From positions 13,826,001 through 13,890,000 of the forward strand of contig CM068753.1 in NCBI GenBank assembly GCA_035084275.1: a DNA stretch of 64,000 nt. Reading direction: 5' to 3'. The stretch's first letter is position 1. The number at the start of each line of letters is the position of its first letter. The notes under the pieces are model-generated. The model was not told the DNA's origin and did not search any database. It was given only the letters and a program-made list of their open reading frames with translations. Position numbers and translations under genes: made by a program. This document shows, one piece after another, positions 12,179 through 23,990 of the stretch. The stretch is from Hydrolagus colliei. Lineage: Eukaryota.

Positions 12179-12676
12179 TGAAGTCCTGTAGCTCAGTGGT
12201 TAGAGCACTTGCCACGTAAGCAAGAAATCTGAGTTTGATTCCTGGCAGGGTGAAACCTTGGGCAAGTTTCCTTACTCTGATAATAAACCCTCAAGAAAAA
12301 AAAGATACTTTGGTCACTCAATCCATGACTGTTTGTGGCACACTGCTGTATCATCGACAAATATACAGTCAGAAGACATGAAAATCGTTATATCAAATCC
12401 AAGGATAATTATTATTAATATGTTTGCGGATACAATCTTTGTATTTATAGGGTGAAACCTTGGGCAAGTTTCCTTACTCCACATGCCTACTAATAATCCC
12501 TCAAAAGAAAACAATAATGAATTGGTCATTTCAATCCATGATTGCAGTGTGCAATTTGCTGCTGCGTTTCATCCACATATCTACAGTCAATTCACTTTAC
12601 AGTATATTCTGTGAAGCGTTTGGAGGCGTCTCGAAGACATAAAAAGCACTAATTCAAATGCAAGGATTATTATTGT
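12179..12676 (+). mobile_element. Two tandem tRNA/Deu SINE copies (12179-12418 internally deleted; 12448-12676 5'-truncated)
   Basis: The GGTGAAACCTTGGGCAAGTTTCCTTACTC body and CAAGGATTATT tail each occur twice. Confidence 0.85.
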
Positions 12677-13730
12677 ATTGAGTTCTCTTTTGTCCAGAAT
12701 GTGTTGTAACATATGCATTAGCATTACAAAAGCAAATAATCCCATTAGTCATAAGTGACTAATAATATGCAGTAAACTTTGCTGACCTAAGCTTGGATAA
12801 TACCGTGAATGTAAATTGTTTCTGTGCTGGAGTATGTGGTGCGTTGCATGTTGTGACCTTGTGAGTCTGATAAGTATGCTCTTCATCAATGATCATCCGA
12901 TGTACTTTATTCTGGTGAAAGGATATTACTGTGTCTCTTGCTTTAATAAAGTTATACTTCCCGATTTTACAATGTGTAATCAAGAGATTTTATTGGCAAA
13001 GTTTAGAAATTGTACATATATATATACTTTATTTCACAAAGTACTAATGATAATCAACAAAACAAAACAATTTATTTCAACATGTTGAACTTACCAATAG
13101 TTTGCTGTTAGCTAATTTATAAATACTTTTGGATACAGTGAAGTAAGCATGTAAATAATTTATTGGCAAAATTATTCTTAAATTATTCATACAGCTGGTG
13201 CACTGAGAAATAGTTTTGTACGAGGAAATGGATTGTGTGTTGCACAATTTTGTTGCATGGGGCAGGTGTGAGTACTGTGTTAATGGAACTACTGCAGGAA
13301 TCTGTGTGCTATAGAAAATACACTGCATGTATACTCTTGAACATGTTGGGTTCAAATGCTTAGGAATCGTATTTGAAAGCACCTCCTTAATTAGAATATA
13401 CAGAGCAGTATGCTGACTGTGTAGGAATTACCTCTTCTCAAAAATAAAAATAGAACTTCTCAGTTCTACATCCTGCACTGATTTGCAGGTCAGGTGAGAA
13501 CTGTGTAACGCTGAATTAAAGTGGCTGTTTATGGAACACAATCTCAGGATCTATTGTTTAAATACACTTGATGCCTGTACCTTTTTAGTTTTGTTGCAGA
13601 TTCCACTGTAGGCTTGAAAGGGTTCTTGTAAAAACATGCTGTGGCTGAAAAAAAAATTTCCCCCAGTTTTGGCACAACAAATAAATCTTTGAAGGTAGCA
13701 GGACAGATAGATAAAGCTGTTAAAAAGCAT

Positions 13731-14180
13731 CGAATCCCATCTCCCCCACCTTTGCCCGACTCCATTGGCTCCCCATCATCCAGAGGATTCAATTCAAGAT
13801 CCTGGTTCTCGCATTTAAAGCCCTACACAACCTCGCCCCACCCTATATCCGTGACCTCCTATCCTCTTACCAACCTGCCCCCACCTCCGTTCACCAGGCT
13901 CTGGCCTGCTCCACGTCCCCCGACCAACCATTGGCAGGCGAGCCTTCAGTCAGTCTGCCCCCAACCTCTGGAACTCCACCTAGAAGTCCCTCCACCTCGC
14001 TCCCTCCCTGGCCTTCTTCAGGTCTCGCCTCAAGACTCTCCTGTTCGATGGACCCATCGGCAACTCCTCCCCCTACCCCCACTGTCCTCAACTCGGGTCT
14101 GAAGCAGTAAGTAAAGTGCCTTGTGACGTCCTCCTGATGTGAAGGGTGCTATACAAATATAATTTCGTTCTTGTTGTTAT
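13731..14180 (+). mobile_element. L2 3' fragment nested in CR1
   Basis: L2 C-terminal region (LHWLPIIQRIQFKIL...LWNS...FRSRLKTLLF across frames), plus stem-loop GACGTCCTCCTGATGTGAAGGGTGCTATACAAAT and TTGTTG tail. Confidence 0.85.
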
Positions 14181-14645
14181 AAATAGGGGCATAAAATCCA
14201 AAAGTCAGAAAGTTATGATAAGTACTGGTTAGGCCCTGGCTGGAGTACTGTGTTCAGTTCTGGGCACCACATTTTAGGAAAGATGTCAAGACATTGGAGA
14301 GGGTGCAAAGGAGATTTAACGAGATGGTACCAAGAATGAGGGATTTTAGTTATCAGGAGAGGGAAGAAAAGCTAGGATTATTCTCCTTGGAGCAGAGAAG
14401 GTTAAGAGGAGACTTAATAGAAGTTTTCAAATTTATGAAGGATTCATTTGGGTGAACAAGGAAAAACGATTTCCACTGACGAGTGGATCGGTAACCCAAA
14501 GACACCGATTTAAAATACGGTAGTTGTTAAAAGAAACGGGGGAGGTGAGGAGAAATTATTTTCATGCAGCGAGTTGTTTGGATCTGGAATGCGTTACCTG
14601 AAAGGGTGGTGGAAGCCAATTCGACAACAACTTTTAGGAGAGAAG

Positions 14646-14957
14646 TAATAATAATAATCCTTGCTTTTGATTTAGTGCTTTTCATATCTTCTAGATGTCT
14701 CAAAGCGCTTCACAAAATATCCCGTAATGGGAATTGACTGTATATTTGTGGGTGAAACACAGCATCCAATTGCACACGGCAATGTCCCACAAACAATCGT
14801 GGATTGAAATGACCAATTGATTATCACTTTTTTTGAGGGTTTATTATCAGGTATATGGAGTAAGGAAACTTGCCCAAGGTTTCGTCTTGCCTGGAATCAA
14901 ACCCAGGTCTTTCGCTTGTAAGACGGGTGCTCTAACCACTAAGCTACAGGACTTCAC
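14646..14957 (-). mobile_element. Full-length tRNA/Deu SINE nested in CR1
   Basis: Reverse complement runs from GAAGTCCTGTAGCTTAGTGGTTAGAGCAC to GCAAGGATTATTATTATT. Confidence 0.9.
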
Positions 14958-15016
14958 AGATTAGGAGGGCAACAGGAGAAGGTTCAGGAGACTGTGCCCA
15001 ACACTCCCCTTTCCTC

Positions 15017-15050
15017 CTCCCCCCCCCCCCCCACACACACACACACACAC
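15017..15050. repeat. Poly-C plus (CA)n microsatellite
   Basis: A C run followed directly by ACACAC repeats. Confidence 0.9.
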
Positions 15051-16642
15051 TCCCCTTCCCTCCTCCTGCAGAGGGTATCCATCCATCTTTTGTGTAGCTC
15101 CCGTTTACCCCTCGAGTCAAAACCCCAACCAGAGGGAGACAGGGAGCAATGACAGGCTCTGCGCACCCTACACAGAAATGACTACGGAAATCCTTTCACA
15201 GGCAAGTCTCTAACACACTAATTGTTAGATAGTTATTTGGGAAGGACAGGTTTGCAGGGCTAAGAGGAGAGAGTGGGGGAGTAGAATTGATTTGGACAGC
15301 TCTTTTCGAAGAGCCGGCACAGACACAATGGGCCGAATGGCCTCCTTCTGTGTTGTATAATTCAATGATTCTATGATTAAATGAATCCTTCCATTGTACA
15401 TGCATGGCTACATGCTATTATTGTTTTTTTTTACCTGAATTCTATTACAAACATTTTTGAGCTTTTGCCGCAAAGAAAGCAATCTGTCCTTTTCGAAGGG
15501 TTGTATGTTCTGAATGTGAGGCGTTTAGGATTGAGTTAGGCTGACATTACTGTATATAATTTTATAAAGTGTGTGACTTTTTATAACAAATACTGAAAAA
15601 AAAATTGGAGATTTGTGCACAGTATGAATTAATCCTTTAGCTGCTTGATCTGTTGAGGTTACCTGTTTCTCCATTTATTTATAATACATATACATATAAA
15701 TACATATCAAGTAAAAATAAACTGTTTGAGCTTCACTTTCAGGAATACGGTTGCTAAAATGGATCATTGAATAATGAGGGGAAGAGTTAATAGATTTTGT
15801 AAAGAGCCTTTTCACTGATCGATGATTTGTATCGATTTCTGAAATGTACATTCTTTTAGCCGCTAATTAGCTTAGTCTGGCAGCAGTTAGTGAACATCAC
15901 AGTGCAACTTAGCAAATGATGCAGGAAGCTCTTCATTATTTTTATCTGAATGTAATTTAATGAGGAACGTAGGAGAGACTGTTTTGAACTTTATACTTAT
16001 TATAGATAAATTAAGATTTTTAAGAATAGCTAGATTTCATTTCAATTTCACTAGCATCTATTAATTATTAAACATTGAACATTGAGGTGGTCTCTATTTT
16101 GTAACATTTTTAAATTCTGGTTGTTAAAGTTTAATGCGTTATGCATTGCTACAAACTACATTGCAACAAATCTAAACCTTTTAAAATTGAAAATATTATT
16201 TTCATGCTGCAGCTAGATTGCTCAACAAACTTGACAAAACAAAACTAAAAATGAGCTGATTGGACTGTTAAGCCAATTGAGATATGTGATATAAGCCTCC
16301 CAATAATTTGCTTTTTTTAGTACGTTTTTCCTTCTCTCAAGGGGAAGCGCATAGTAATACAGTCTATATGTTTCTTTGTAATTGCTTGAAATGCAATGCA
16401 CATCCCTAAATGAGGGAAGCAAGGCATATTACTTGGATAGCTTCAAATTCACCAAATGCTTTTCTAATGTAAATATTATGAGTAGGATCTCCTAGGTTTC
16501 TAAAGTTATTCTCTCCCTGAACGAGGCCAAGATGCTGAACTTCAAGATAAACACTGCTTGGTACAATGATTGGAAGATGGAAAGGTGCATTTCCTGGAAG
16601 GGTGGCATGAAATAGGCTGAGTTAATCATTTGAAATTTTCAA

Positions 16643-16956
16643 TAATAATAATCCTTCCATTTGATAAATTGCTTTTCATGTCTTCTGGACGCATTAAAGC
16701 TCTTCACAGATTACACTGTACTGTAAAGTAAATTGACTGCATATATGGGGGCGAAATGAGGTAGCCAATTGCGTACAGCAGTGTCCCACAAATAGTTGTG
16801 GATTGAAATGACCAATTTATTGTGCTTTTTTTTGGAGGAATTATTATTAGGTATATGGGGTAAGGAAACTTGCCTAAGGTTTCGCCCTGCCTGGAATTGA
16901 ACCCAGGTCTCTCGCTTGTAAGGCGAGTGCTCTAACCACTGAGCTACAGGACTCCA
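16643..16956 (-). mobile_element. Full-length tRNA/Deu SINE
   Basis: Minus strand GGAGTCCTGTAGCTCAGTGGTTAGAGCACTCGCCTTACAAGCGAGAGACCTGGGTTCAATTCC, through to the (TTA)n tail. Confidence 0.92.
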
Positions 16957-17594
16957 TTCAATGCACTGTTTAATGATGGAAAATACAGTACAGTGGAAAT
17001 AAAGTTCCAAAGTTGGTGCACTGTTGTAAAGTTCAGAGTTCATTATAAAGTACAGTTCAATGTACTGTAATGTTCTTTATAGCCCAAAATATGAAAGATG
17101 ACAGAGTTATGATCATAATCATCAATTTAGCAAAGCCCAAACATATGCATGGCTCTTTCAGCTTAGAGTTGAAGAAGAAATTAATACATTGTGAATTTTC
17201 TGTTTTCATTTGGTGCTCTTTTAGTTTGAAAATTGAACAATGTACTGATGCAGTTTGAACAAATACACCATCTGATTTTATGTCTGCCTGTGTCAGACCA
17301 TTCTACTTCTGCAAGTAACTTTTAAAATACTGCAATTTTAATTTTAATGTAAGAGGTTCAACAATAGCTTAACTTCTTTTTTTTTGGAATTAGAACAATA
17401 TATTCTCCATTCGCCTTGGTCATTTTGACCTTTCTGCTAAATAAACGAAGGAAAAGTACCCTTTTTATTTGTAGTGAGAAAGACTGTTTTGTTTCCGATG
17501 TGTTGTGAAATGTTTGAAGGAATATTGTGTGAATTATGTCTCTGGTCACCTCATAAGATACGTAGGGATTTATGATGAATTGTGTTTTGATCGT

Positions 17595-17892
17595 GGAGTC
17601 CTGTAGCTCAGTGGTTAGAGCACCCATCTTACAAGCGTGAGACCTGTGTTCGAATCCAGGCAGGTCAAGGTGAAACCTTGGGCAAGTTTCTTTACTCCAC
17701 ACGCCTAATAATAATCCCTTCAAAAAAAACCACAATAATAAAAATTGGTCATTTCAATCCACGACTGTTTGTGGGACACTGCTGTGTGCAATTGGCTGCC
17801 GCATTTTGCCCTACAATATATTCTGTGAAGTGCTTTGGGATGTCTAGTAGACGTGAAAAGTGCTATATCAAATGCAAGGATTAATATTATTG
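17595..17892 (+). mobile_element. Near full-length tRNA/Deu SINE
   Basis: A box, B box (GTTCGAATCC), family body and tail. Confidence 0.92.
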
Positions 17893-18959
17893 TTCTATAA
17901 CTGAAGTGAATCAGATGGAAAAAAAACTACCATCTGTGAATAAGCAACATTTGAATCCATTGTCACTAGAATGTAGTGTGATTTTGAAACGGGCGCAACA
18001 GCAAAATGTCTTGGGATTCAGGGAGGCAAATGATATTCAGGATCGGTCACTTTGTGTAACTTGATCTCAAGTCGAGGATGACTTTTGCTTCTTCTCAGTG
18101 CCCTCATTTGAGATTCGGGAGAAATATTCAGAGTCGCTGTTTCGACCCTCAATGTTACAAATAACTAAAATGTCAAATATGCTGCATAGTAAAAGGGTAG
18201 TTGTTTAATTCAAAGATTCATATGTTTTAATAAAGGTTAAAAATTATCTGTTTAAAATTTCTTGAAGGGTTTTTCTAATTCATTGCCATATAAAAAGGCA
18301 TATTGGTCATTCGTTCCGAATGATTTATATCTGCTAGCTACAGATGGCCATTTGGTTCCCTGTCCTTTACTAGGATCTAGGCTTTCTGTATTAAAAATAT
18401 ATAATCCTAGAAAATGGCAGAGCAGATGATTATAATCACTGCCATGCTGTTGACTTGAAATTCTAAGTTTTTTTTTCCCTAGTTTTGTTTCCCTTTGGAT
18501 ATTGTCTATAATATGTTATGTTCTTAGTCGTTATAGTGAATTCTGTTGTGAATTAAAATGGCCCCTGAGTTTCAAAAATAGCTCATTATGTAATGACCAT
18601 CAGGAGTGAACTGAAGGATAGTGTAATATATAGTGTAATATATGGAGTGATCATTTAGCGATTTGCTTCATATTAAAATAAGGGATGTATTGTCACAGCT
18701 TTCTATTTCTGACCTCTGACATGAACTCCGGATTAGCAGCTCTTCTTCATGCAGTTTTGAACTGAAATTGTCATTTGCCTGTCTCATGTCAGAATCATGG
18801 AACTAGAGTATTTACTTCACAAAAACGAGCCATTCTGCCTATGTGTCTGTGCTGATGCTACCTTCACTGGACCTATTCACTGCAAACCCATTCTTCTGAG
18901 CTTTCTCCATCATCTTCAATATTATTTGTCTTCAAGTGTCAGCCTGCAACTCTTGCCAA

Positions 18960-19175
18960 AATGTCAGACGGTTGTGGGTTCAACCCCAGCGTTGGGACTA
19001 TGAGCTCTTAGTTTATGGTGAACCTCCAGTGCAGTGCTGGGGTAGTGTTGTGTTGTTGGAGGTACTGTACCATAGTGTCTGAGACAATTTTGTTGGAGGT
19101 TCTATAGTTGTGTGAGACAATTTTGTGTGCAAATTGGTTGCCACATTTGCGTACAAAAGACACTGTCGGTACTCT
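18960..19175 (+). mobile_element. Older Deu-domain SINE (SacSINE1/AmnSINE1-like), decayed
   Basis: GTCAGACGGTTGTGGGTTCAACCCC...CCTCCAGTGCAGTGCTGGGGTAGTG...TTGGAGGTACTGT...GTGTGCAAATTGGTTGCCACATTT resembles my recollection of the shark SacSINE1 consensus and differs from the young family. Confidence 0.6.
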
Positions 19176-19400
19176 TGATAGTAAAAACATGAAAGTGTAG
19201 TAAAAATATTTGAATCTTGACTTTTTTTTCTTGATAATATTTCAGAGCTGATTTAGATTATAGAATGGTATCATTTGGAATAATATTTTAAATAGTCATA
19301 AAAGTCAATTTACATTCTATCCCTCCTAGCACCATGTAACAATAATAATAATACTGATGATAATAATAAACATACATGTTTAATGCTTGTACACTGCATT

Positions 19401-19746
19401 GGAGCTCCTGTGGCTCAGTGGTCAGAGCACTTATCTTGCAAGCTGGGGAAACCAAGCTGGGGAGACCTGTGTTCGAATCCAGGCAGGTCAGGGCGAAACC
19501 TTGGGCAAGTTTCCTTACTCCACACGCCTAATAATAATCCCTCCAAAAAAACACAATAATAAAATTGGTCATTTCAATCCACGACTGTGTGTGGGACACT
19601 GCTGTGCGCAATTAGCTGCCGCGATTCACCCACAAATATATACAGTCAATTCACTTTACAGTATATTCTGTGAAGCGCTTTGGGACGTTGATAAGATGTG
19701 GAAGGTGCTATATCAAATGCAAGGATTATTATTATTATTATTATTA
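19401..19746 (+). mobile_element. Full-length tRNA/Deu SINE with a short tandem duplication in the head (CAAGCTGGGGA x2)
   Basis: Family motifs and a long (TTA)n tail. Confidence 0.92.
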
Positions 19747-21915
19747 ACTAGCCTGGAATAACCAATCAGAAAATGTGTGTTTTACTCAGTTAATCTCAAG
19801 GTGTATTACTTATCATTGAAGTCTATAAAGTCAGCAGTTTTTATTCTTGATAGTCAATTAAATCCAGGAAGAATAATAAGCCAAATTTTATATGATAAAA
19901 TGATATCAAATGCTGGATGATCCTCAAATATATATCAATGACATTCATGCGCAGTATCCTCAGAACATGATAGGTTGCACTTTGCATTTCTGATGGGACT
20001 CTCATGAGCGATTAAATTCCGTCCTGCTTGATTTGCTTTTACAGCCCAGTATGTAGATTAGATTCAATTTCTTAGCTATGAAATGAAAAATAGTCTTTAT
20101 TTTGGTTCAATTTGTTTGTAATTTGCTTGTCTTCATTTTCTCTATCCAGGTTTTTCATAACGTCATGATTTATCAGCTTTCAACCATATAAAATGCTGCA
20201 ATGTTAAGATGCTGCAGTAGATTCTGCTTGCACGGCTATTGCCATGCTATTGGAGATAAATCTGAACTTTAATCTTTTAACATTGTTAGAAATGACTGAA
20301 CAACCAAAATCAATACTAAAATTGTATTAGAGTTTGCCTACATGACAGTAAGATTCTTGAATTAAGGGAGAAAGGAGTTCTAAGGGGAATACTTTTTGAC
20401 TTAAATATTTCTCATAGCTACAGAAGAAAAAAGCATCATTGTAAAAGTGTACTAGTAACAAGGAATCTTTTTTTAAAATCTTGACATTCGCTGCCTCATG
20501 GCTTGTTGGGTTGTTACACTAATGTGCTACAGGGATTTACAGATGCATTCTGGTGTGGCTGTATGCAATTTAATAGGGATGGACAACACATTGGCCAGTC
20601 TAAAGAGAAAATCTGGAGCCATCTAAACTAAGGAATAGTACACAACAATGCAGCCAGTTTAGTTCATCAATTTAATAGGGCAAAATTAGGGTACCATTTA
20701 TTTGGCTAATTAATTTATTTTCAAATGCTTCATATTTTCGGTCCTCCCAACGTGAAAGGCGCTCTACAAATATACTTTTGTTGTTGTCGTATATTAATTG
20801 TTTTTTAGTGACCCACTATTAGAATAACAACCAAAGTCGCCTTTAAATTACCTTAAAGTCATTTCTAAATCATATCTTGAAGTCAGAGAATAAGATAAGG
20901 ATTCAACAACAATGTATTTTGGGACATACACTCATACATACCAAGAGGAGCCTGTAAAGTCCTCATAGTGATTCGGGCAACAGAACACTCTGAAATATAA
21001 TTTTTGCATTGCATGGCTGTCAATTAAGTTACATTTTCCCTTGTATTATAGTCTCAATAGAACAATATGTGACATCAGTTGCACCACTATGTTGAGAATA
21101 ATACATTATCTGTTATATTCAGTAATATGGGAAATACCTGTAGTTTTTTTTCATATATTTGGAGTATGGGTAAAGTAATTGAAATTGTCTTTCAGAGATG
21201 CATATGTGAAATACTTAAAAAAAAACAGTTTACAAAATTGGCAAATATGGGCATAATCCATTGACATTGAATATCTATGTACTAGTTGAACATGCCAAAA
21301 TTTCCAATGAACAGATGGGAATTGTGACTTACCACTGATCCCATAGCTTAATTAAAAATGTATCTGATTGGTTTTCAGAGCTTCATTATAGTGATCAATT
21401 TAAAAATATTATTGCCATTGATTAAATGAAGCTCTGAAAAAATTTAATTGACAGTCTTCACAAGCTGTGGAAGAGTGTTAAAGTAAACATAGAAAACTAC
21501 CAGGCTTTTATGAAAGTTTACTAATTGTAGTGTATTTTGTGTATCAGATTTCAGATTATGGTTACACCTGTTTTGAACTTGATCTTCAGATTTGTGTTTT
21601 ACTTCTATTTGTTGAACAGCTGCTTGAGGTATCCTCTTGCACTATTTAAATGCATAATGTTTTGTTATACATAATCTAATATTTTGTGCTTGATTGGTAT
21701 CTTTGGTAATTTTGTGCAGTTTACTTATCTGGAATCGTTAAAGTAGAAGTTTGGTTTTAAATGTTATCTTTCCGATGTAAACCCATCACCAACCTTTCTA
21801 AACAAGTTAATGAAAACGTAGGTGAAAGAACAATTTGGTTGCAACATCTCTAAAGGGTAAAAGTTAAGGTGGTGGCACCCCATGTAGATGGATGGATGAA
21901 TAATAGAGCGTGCAG

Positions 21916-23096
21916 TAGGGAACGGCGATATGGGAATTTTCCGGATATGGATATATCGGTTGGCTCATACCGAGATATACCGAAATATCGATATTTTCAG
22001 TTTTTTCGTACTGCGCATGCGCGAGCGCATCGGAGTGCGCGCGCATTCCGGGTGTGCGCGCATTCGGGGCCTATCTTCTCAGGAGGTAAATATCTTTCTC
22101 TCTCTGTGTCTCTCACTCTCTCCATCTCTGTGTTTTTCTGTCTGTTCTCTCTATGTCTCTCTCCCTCTCTCCTCTCTCACATCCCCCCCCATCTCTATCT
22201 ATCTGTATATTATCACATCCACCCCGTCTCTCCCCCCCCCCCACCCCGCCGTCCCTCTCTCGCACCCCCCACCCCCGTCGTCTCTCTCCCCCACCACCCC
22301 CCCAGCCGTCTCTTTCTCCCTCCCCCCCCACCGCCGTCTCTCTCTCCCTCCCCCCCCAGCCGTCTCTCTCCCCCTCCCCCCAGCCGTCTCTCTCCCCCTC
22401 TCCTCTCCCCCCCGCCGTCTCTCTCCCCCTCCCCCCAGCCGTCTCTCTCCCCCTCTCCTCCCCCCCCCCCGCCGTCTCTCTCTCCCTCCCCCCCCAGCCG
22501 TCTCTCTCCCCCCCCCCCCAGCCGTCTCTCTCCCCCCCCCCCAGCCGTCTCTTTCCCCTCTCCCCCCCAGCCATCTCTCTCCCTCTCTCCCCCCCAGCCA
22601 TCTCTCTCCCCTCCCCCCCAGCCGTCTCTCTCCCCCTCTCCCCTCTCCCCCCCAGCCATCTCTATCCCCCTCTCCCCCACAGCTGTCTCTCTCACCTTCT
22701 CTCCCCCCCCAGCCGTCTATCTCCGCCTCCCCCCAGCCGTCTCTCTCCCCCTCACCCCCCCCTCAGCCGTCTCTCTCCCCCTCACCCCTCCCCCCCAGCA
22801 GTCTCTCTCCCCCTCACCCCCCCCACCCACAGCCGTCTCTCTCCCCCCACCCCTTGCATACCTGTATATTGTATTCGAGGACTATGAATACAAGATGGCG
22901 GCTTTGTACCTCGGTCTGTGCATTGTGTATACAGATGAGCATTCTGGGTCTTGTAGTTGTTTGTGCTCGCATCCCGATTTTTTACCTCGATATATCGTTG
23001 TTCGATATACCGATATTTTTTTAATGTCTATATCGGCATATCGATATGAAAATCATATCGGGTTTTAGCGATATACCGATATATCGCCGTTCCCTA
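21916..23096. mobile_element. hAT-type non-autonomous DNA transposon with internal C/T-rich minisatellite (copy 1)
   Basis: Perfect 16-bp TIRs TAGGGAACGGCGATAT / ATATCGCCGTTCCCTA. 8-bp TSD GCGTGCAG (21908-15) / GTGTGCAG (23097-104). Many subterminal CGATAT/ATATCG motifs. Internal (CCCCCCAGCCGTCTCTCT)n-like array at about 22220-22850. Confidence 0.92.
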
Positions 23097-23397
23097 GTGT
23101 GCAGTAATAAAACTCGTTAAGTACATTTCAGAAACCGAGAGATTGATGGGTTTAGTTAAAACCCATAAGTTGAAAACTTTTGTTTATTCCTTGCAAAGTT
23201 TGTGAGGGTGGACCTGAATGTTTTATTTAATTGGAGTGTCTGATTCAGTTTGTCCTCATTCACAGTAATTTATAAAGTCTAAAACAGATGTGGCGTATTG
23301 ATGGCATTAGCTTCTCTCTGTACTTGGTTCATGTAATTCACTTTCGGCCCCAGAAATCGATACACTATAACACTCAGAAATTCAAACTTTAAGTTTG

Positions 23398-23990
23398 AAC
23401 AGCAACAAAATTATACTTATTTAGTGGCTTTTATGTCAGAAGGTCATCCCAAGGCGCTGGACAGTCATTGTTTCAGACCCGATCTGGGGACGGGGAGGAT
23501 GAAGGGAAAGGGGGGGATTTGGGATGACCGATGGGACCATCAAAGAAGTGGGTCTTGAGATGGGACTTGAAGGAGGCTAGGGAGGGGGCGACGCGGAGTG
23601 ATTGCGGAATAGAGTTCTGGAGGTTGGGGGCAGAGTGGCTGAAGACTCATCCGCCAATGGTGGGGCAAGTGGGTCAGGGGACGTTGAGCAAGTTGGATCC
23701 TGCTGAGCGGATGGGGGGGGGGGGGGGGGGGGGGGTGGAGCAGGTTGGTAGGGGGGTAAGAGGCTGCAGGGGTAGGGTGGGGCGAGGCCATGGAGGATTA
23801 TGAATGTGAGGAACCTGGATCTTGAATTTAATCTTCTGGGTGATGGGGAGCTAATGGAGTCGGGTGAGGATGGGGGAGGTGGGGTCATGAAGCTTGGAGC
23901 GGTAGCAGATGTGGGCCACAGAGTTCTGCGTTAGCTGTATCCTATGGAGGGAGTAGAGCGGGGAGAGTGACAAGCGAGGAGAACGGGCCA
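23398..23990 (-). mobile_element. L2 3' fragment
   Basis: Minus-strand peptides HRIQLTQNSVAH..RSKLHDPTSPILTRLH and FKSHLKTHFFD, with the same 3' UTR and tail as 5170-5400. Confidence 0.85.

Larger units (their letters stand above)
13671..15378 (+). mobile_element. CR1 LINE 3' portion split by nested insertions (CR1 segments about 13671-13730, 14180-14646, 15228-15378)
   Basis: Colinear with the uninterrupted CR1 at 31085-31796 (LKVAGQIDKAVKK...RP.LEYCVQFWAPHFRKDV..LERVQRRF...), ending in GATGGGCCGAATGGCCTCCTTCTGTG...ATTCTATGATT. Confidence 0.88.

Noticed and set aside
17595-17665. tRNA-like sequences (also at 2196, 12179, 14900, 16900, 19401, 48633)
   Set aside because: There is no proper acceptor stem, and each continues into the same SINE body and tail, so these are SINE heads rather than tRNA genes.
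19387-19761. Recurrent ORFs containing GETLGKFPYST (1755, 12258, 12460, 17678, 19387, 46000, 48493)
   Set aside because: These are translations of the SINE body, not a protein family.
22220-22850. Repeat array that could be taken for a CRISPR-like array
   Set aside because: The units are degenerate tandem repeats separated only by variable C runs, with no unique spacers and no cas genes, in vertebrate DNA.
21869-23068. 399-aa Pro/Ser-rich ORF, overlapping ORFs in other frames, and the equivalents at 52975-53987 and 61908-63109
   Set aside because: They lie within a TIR/TSD-bounded non-autonomous transposon. The C/T minisatellite lacks stop codons in most frames on both strands, the linked frames differ between copies, and no transposase motifs are present.
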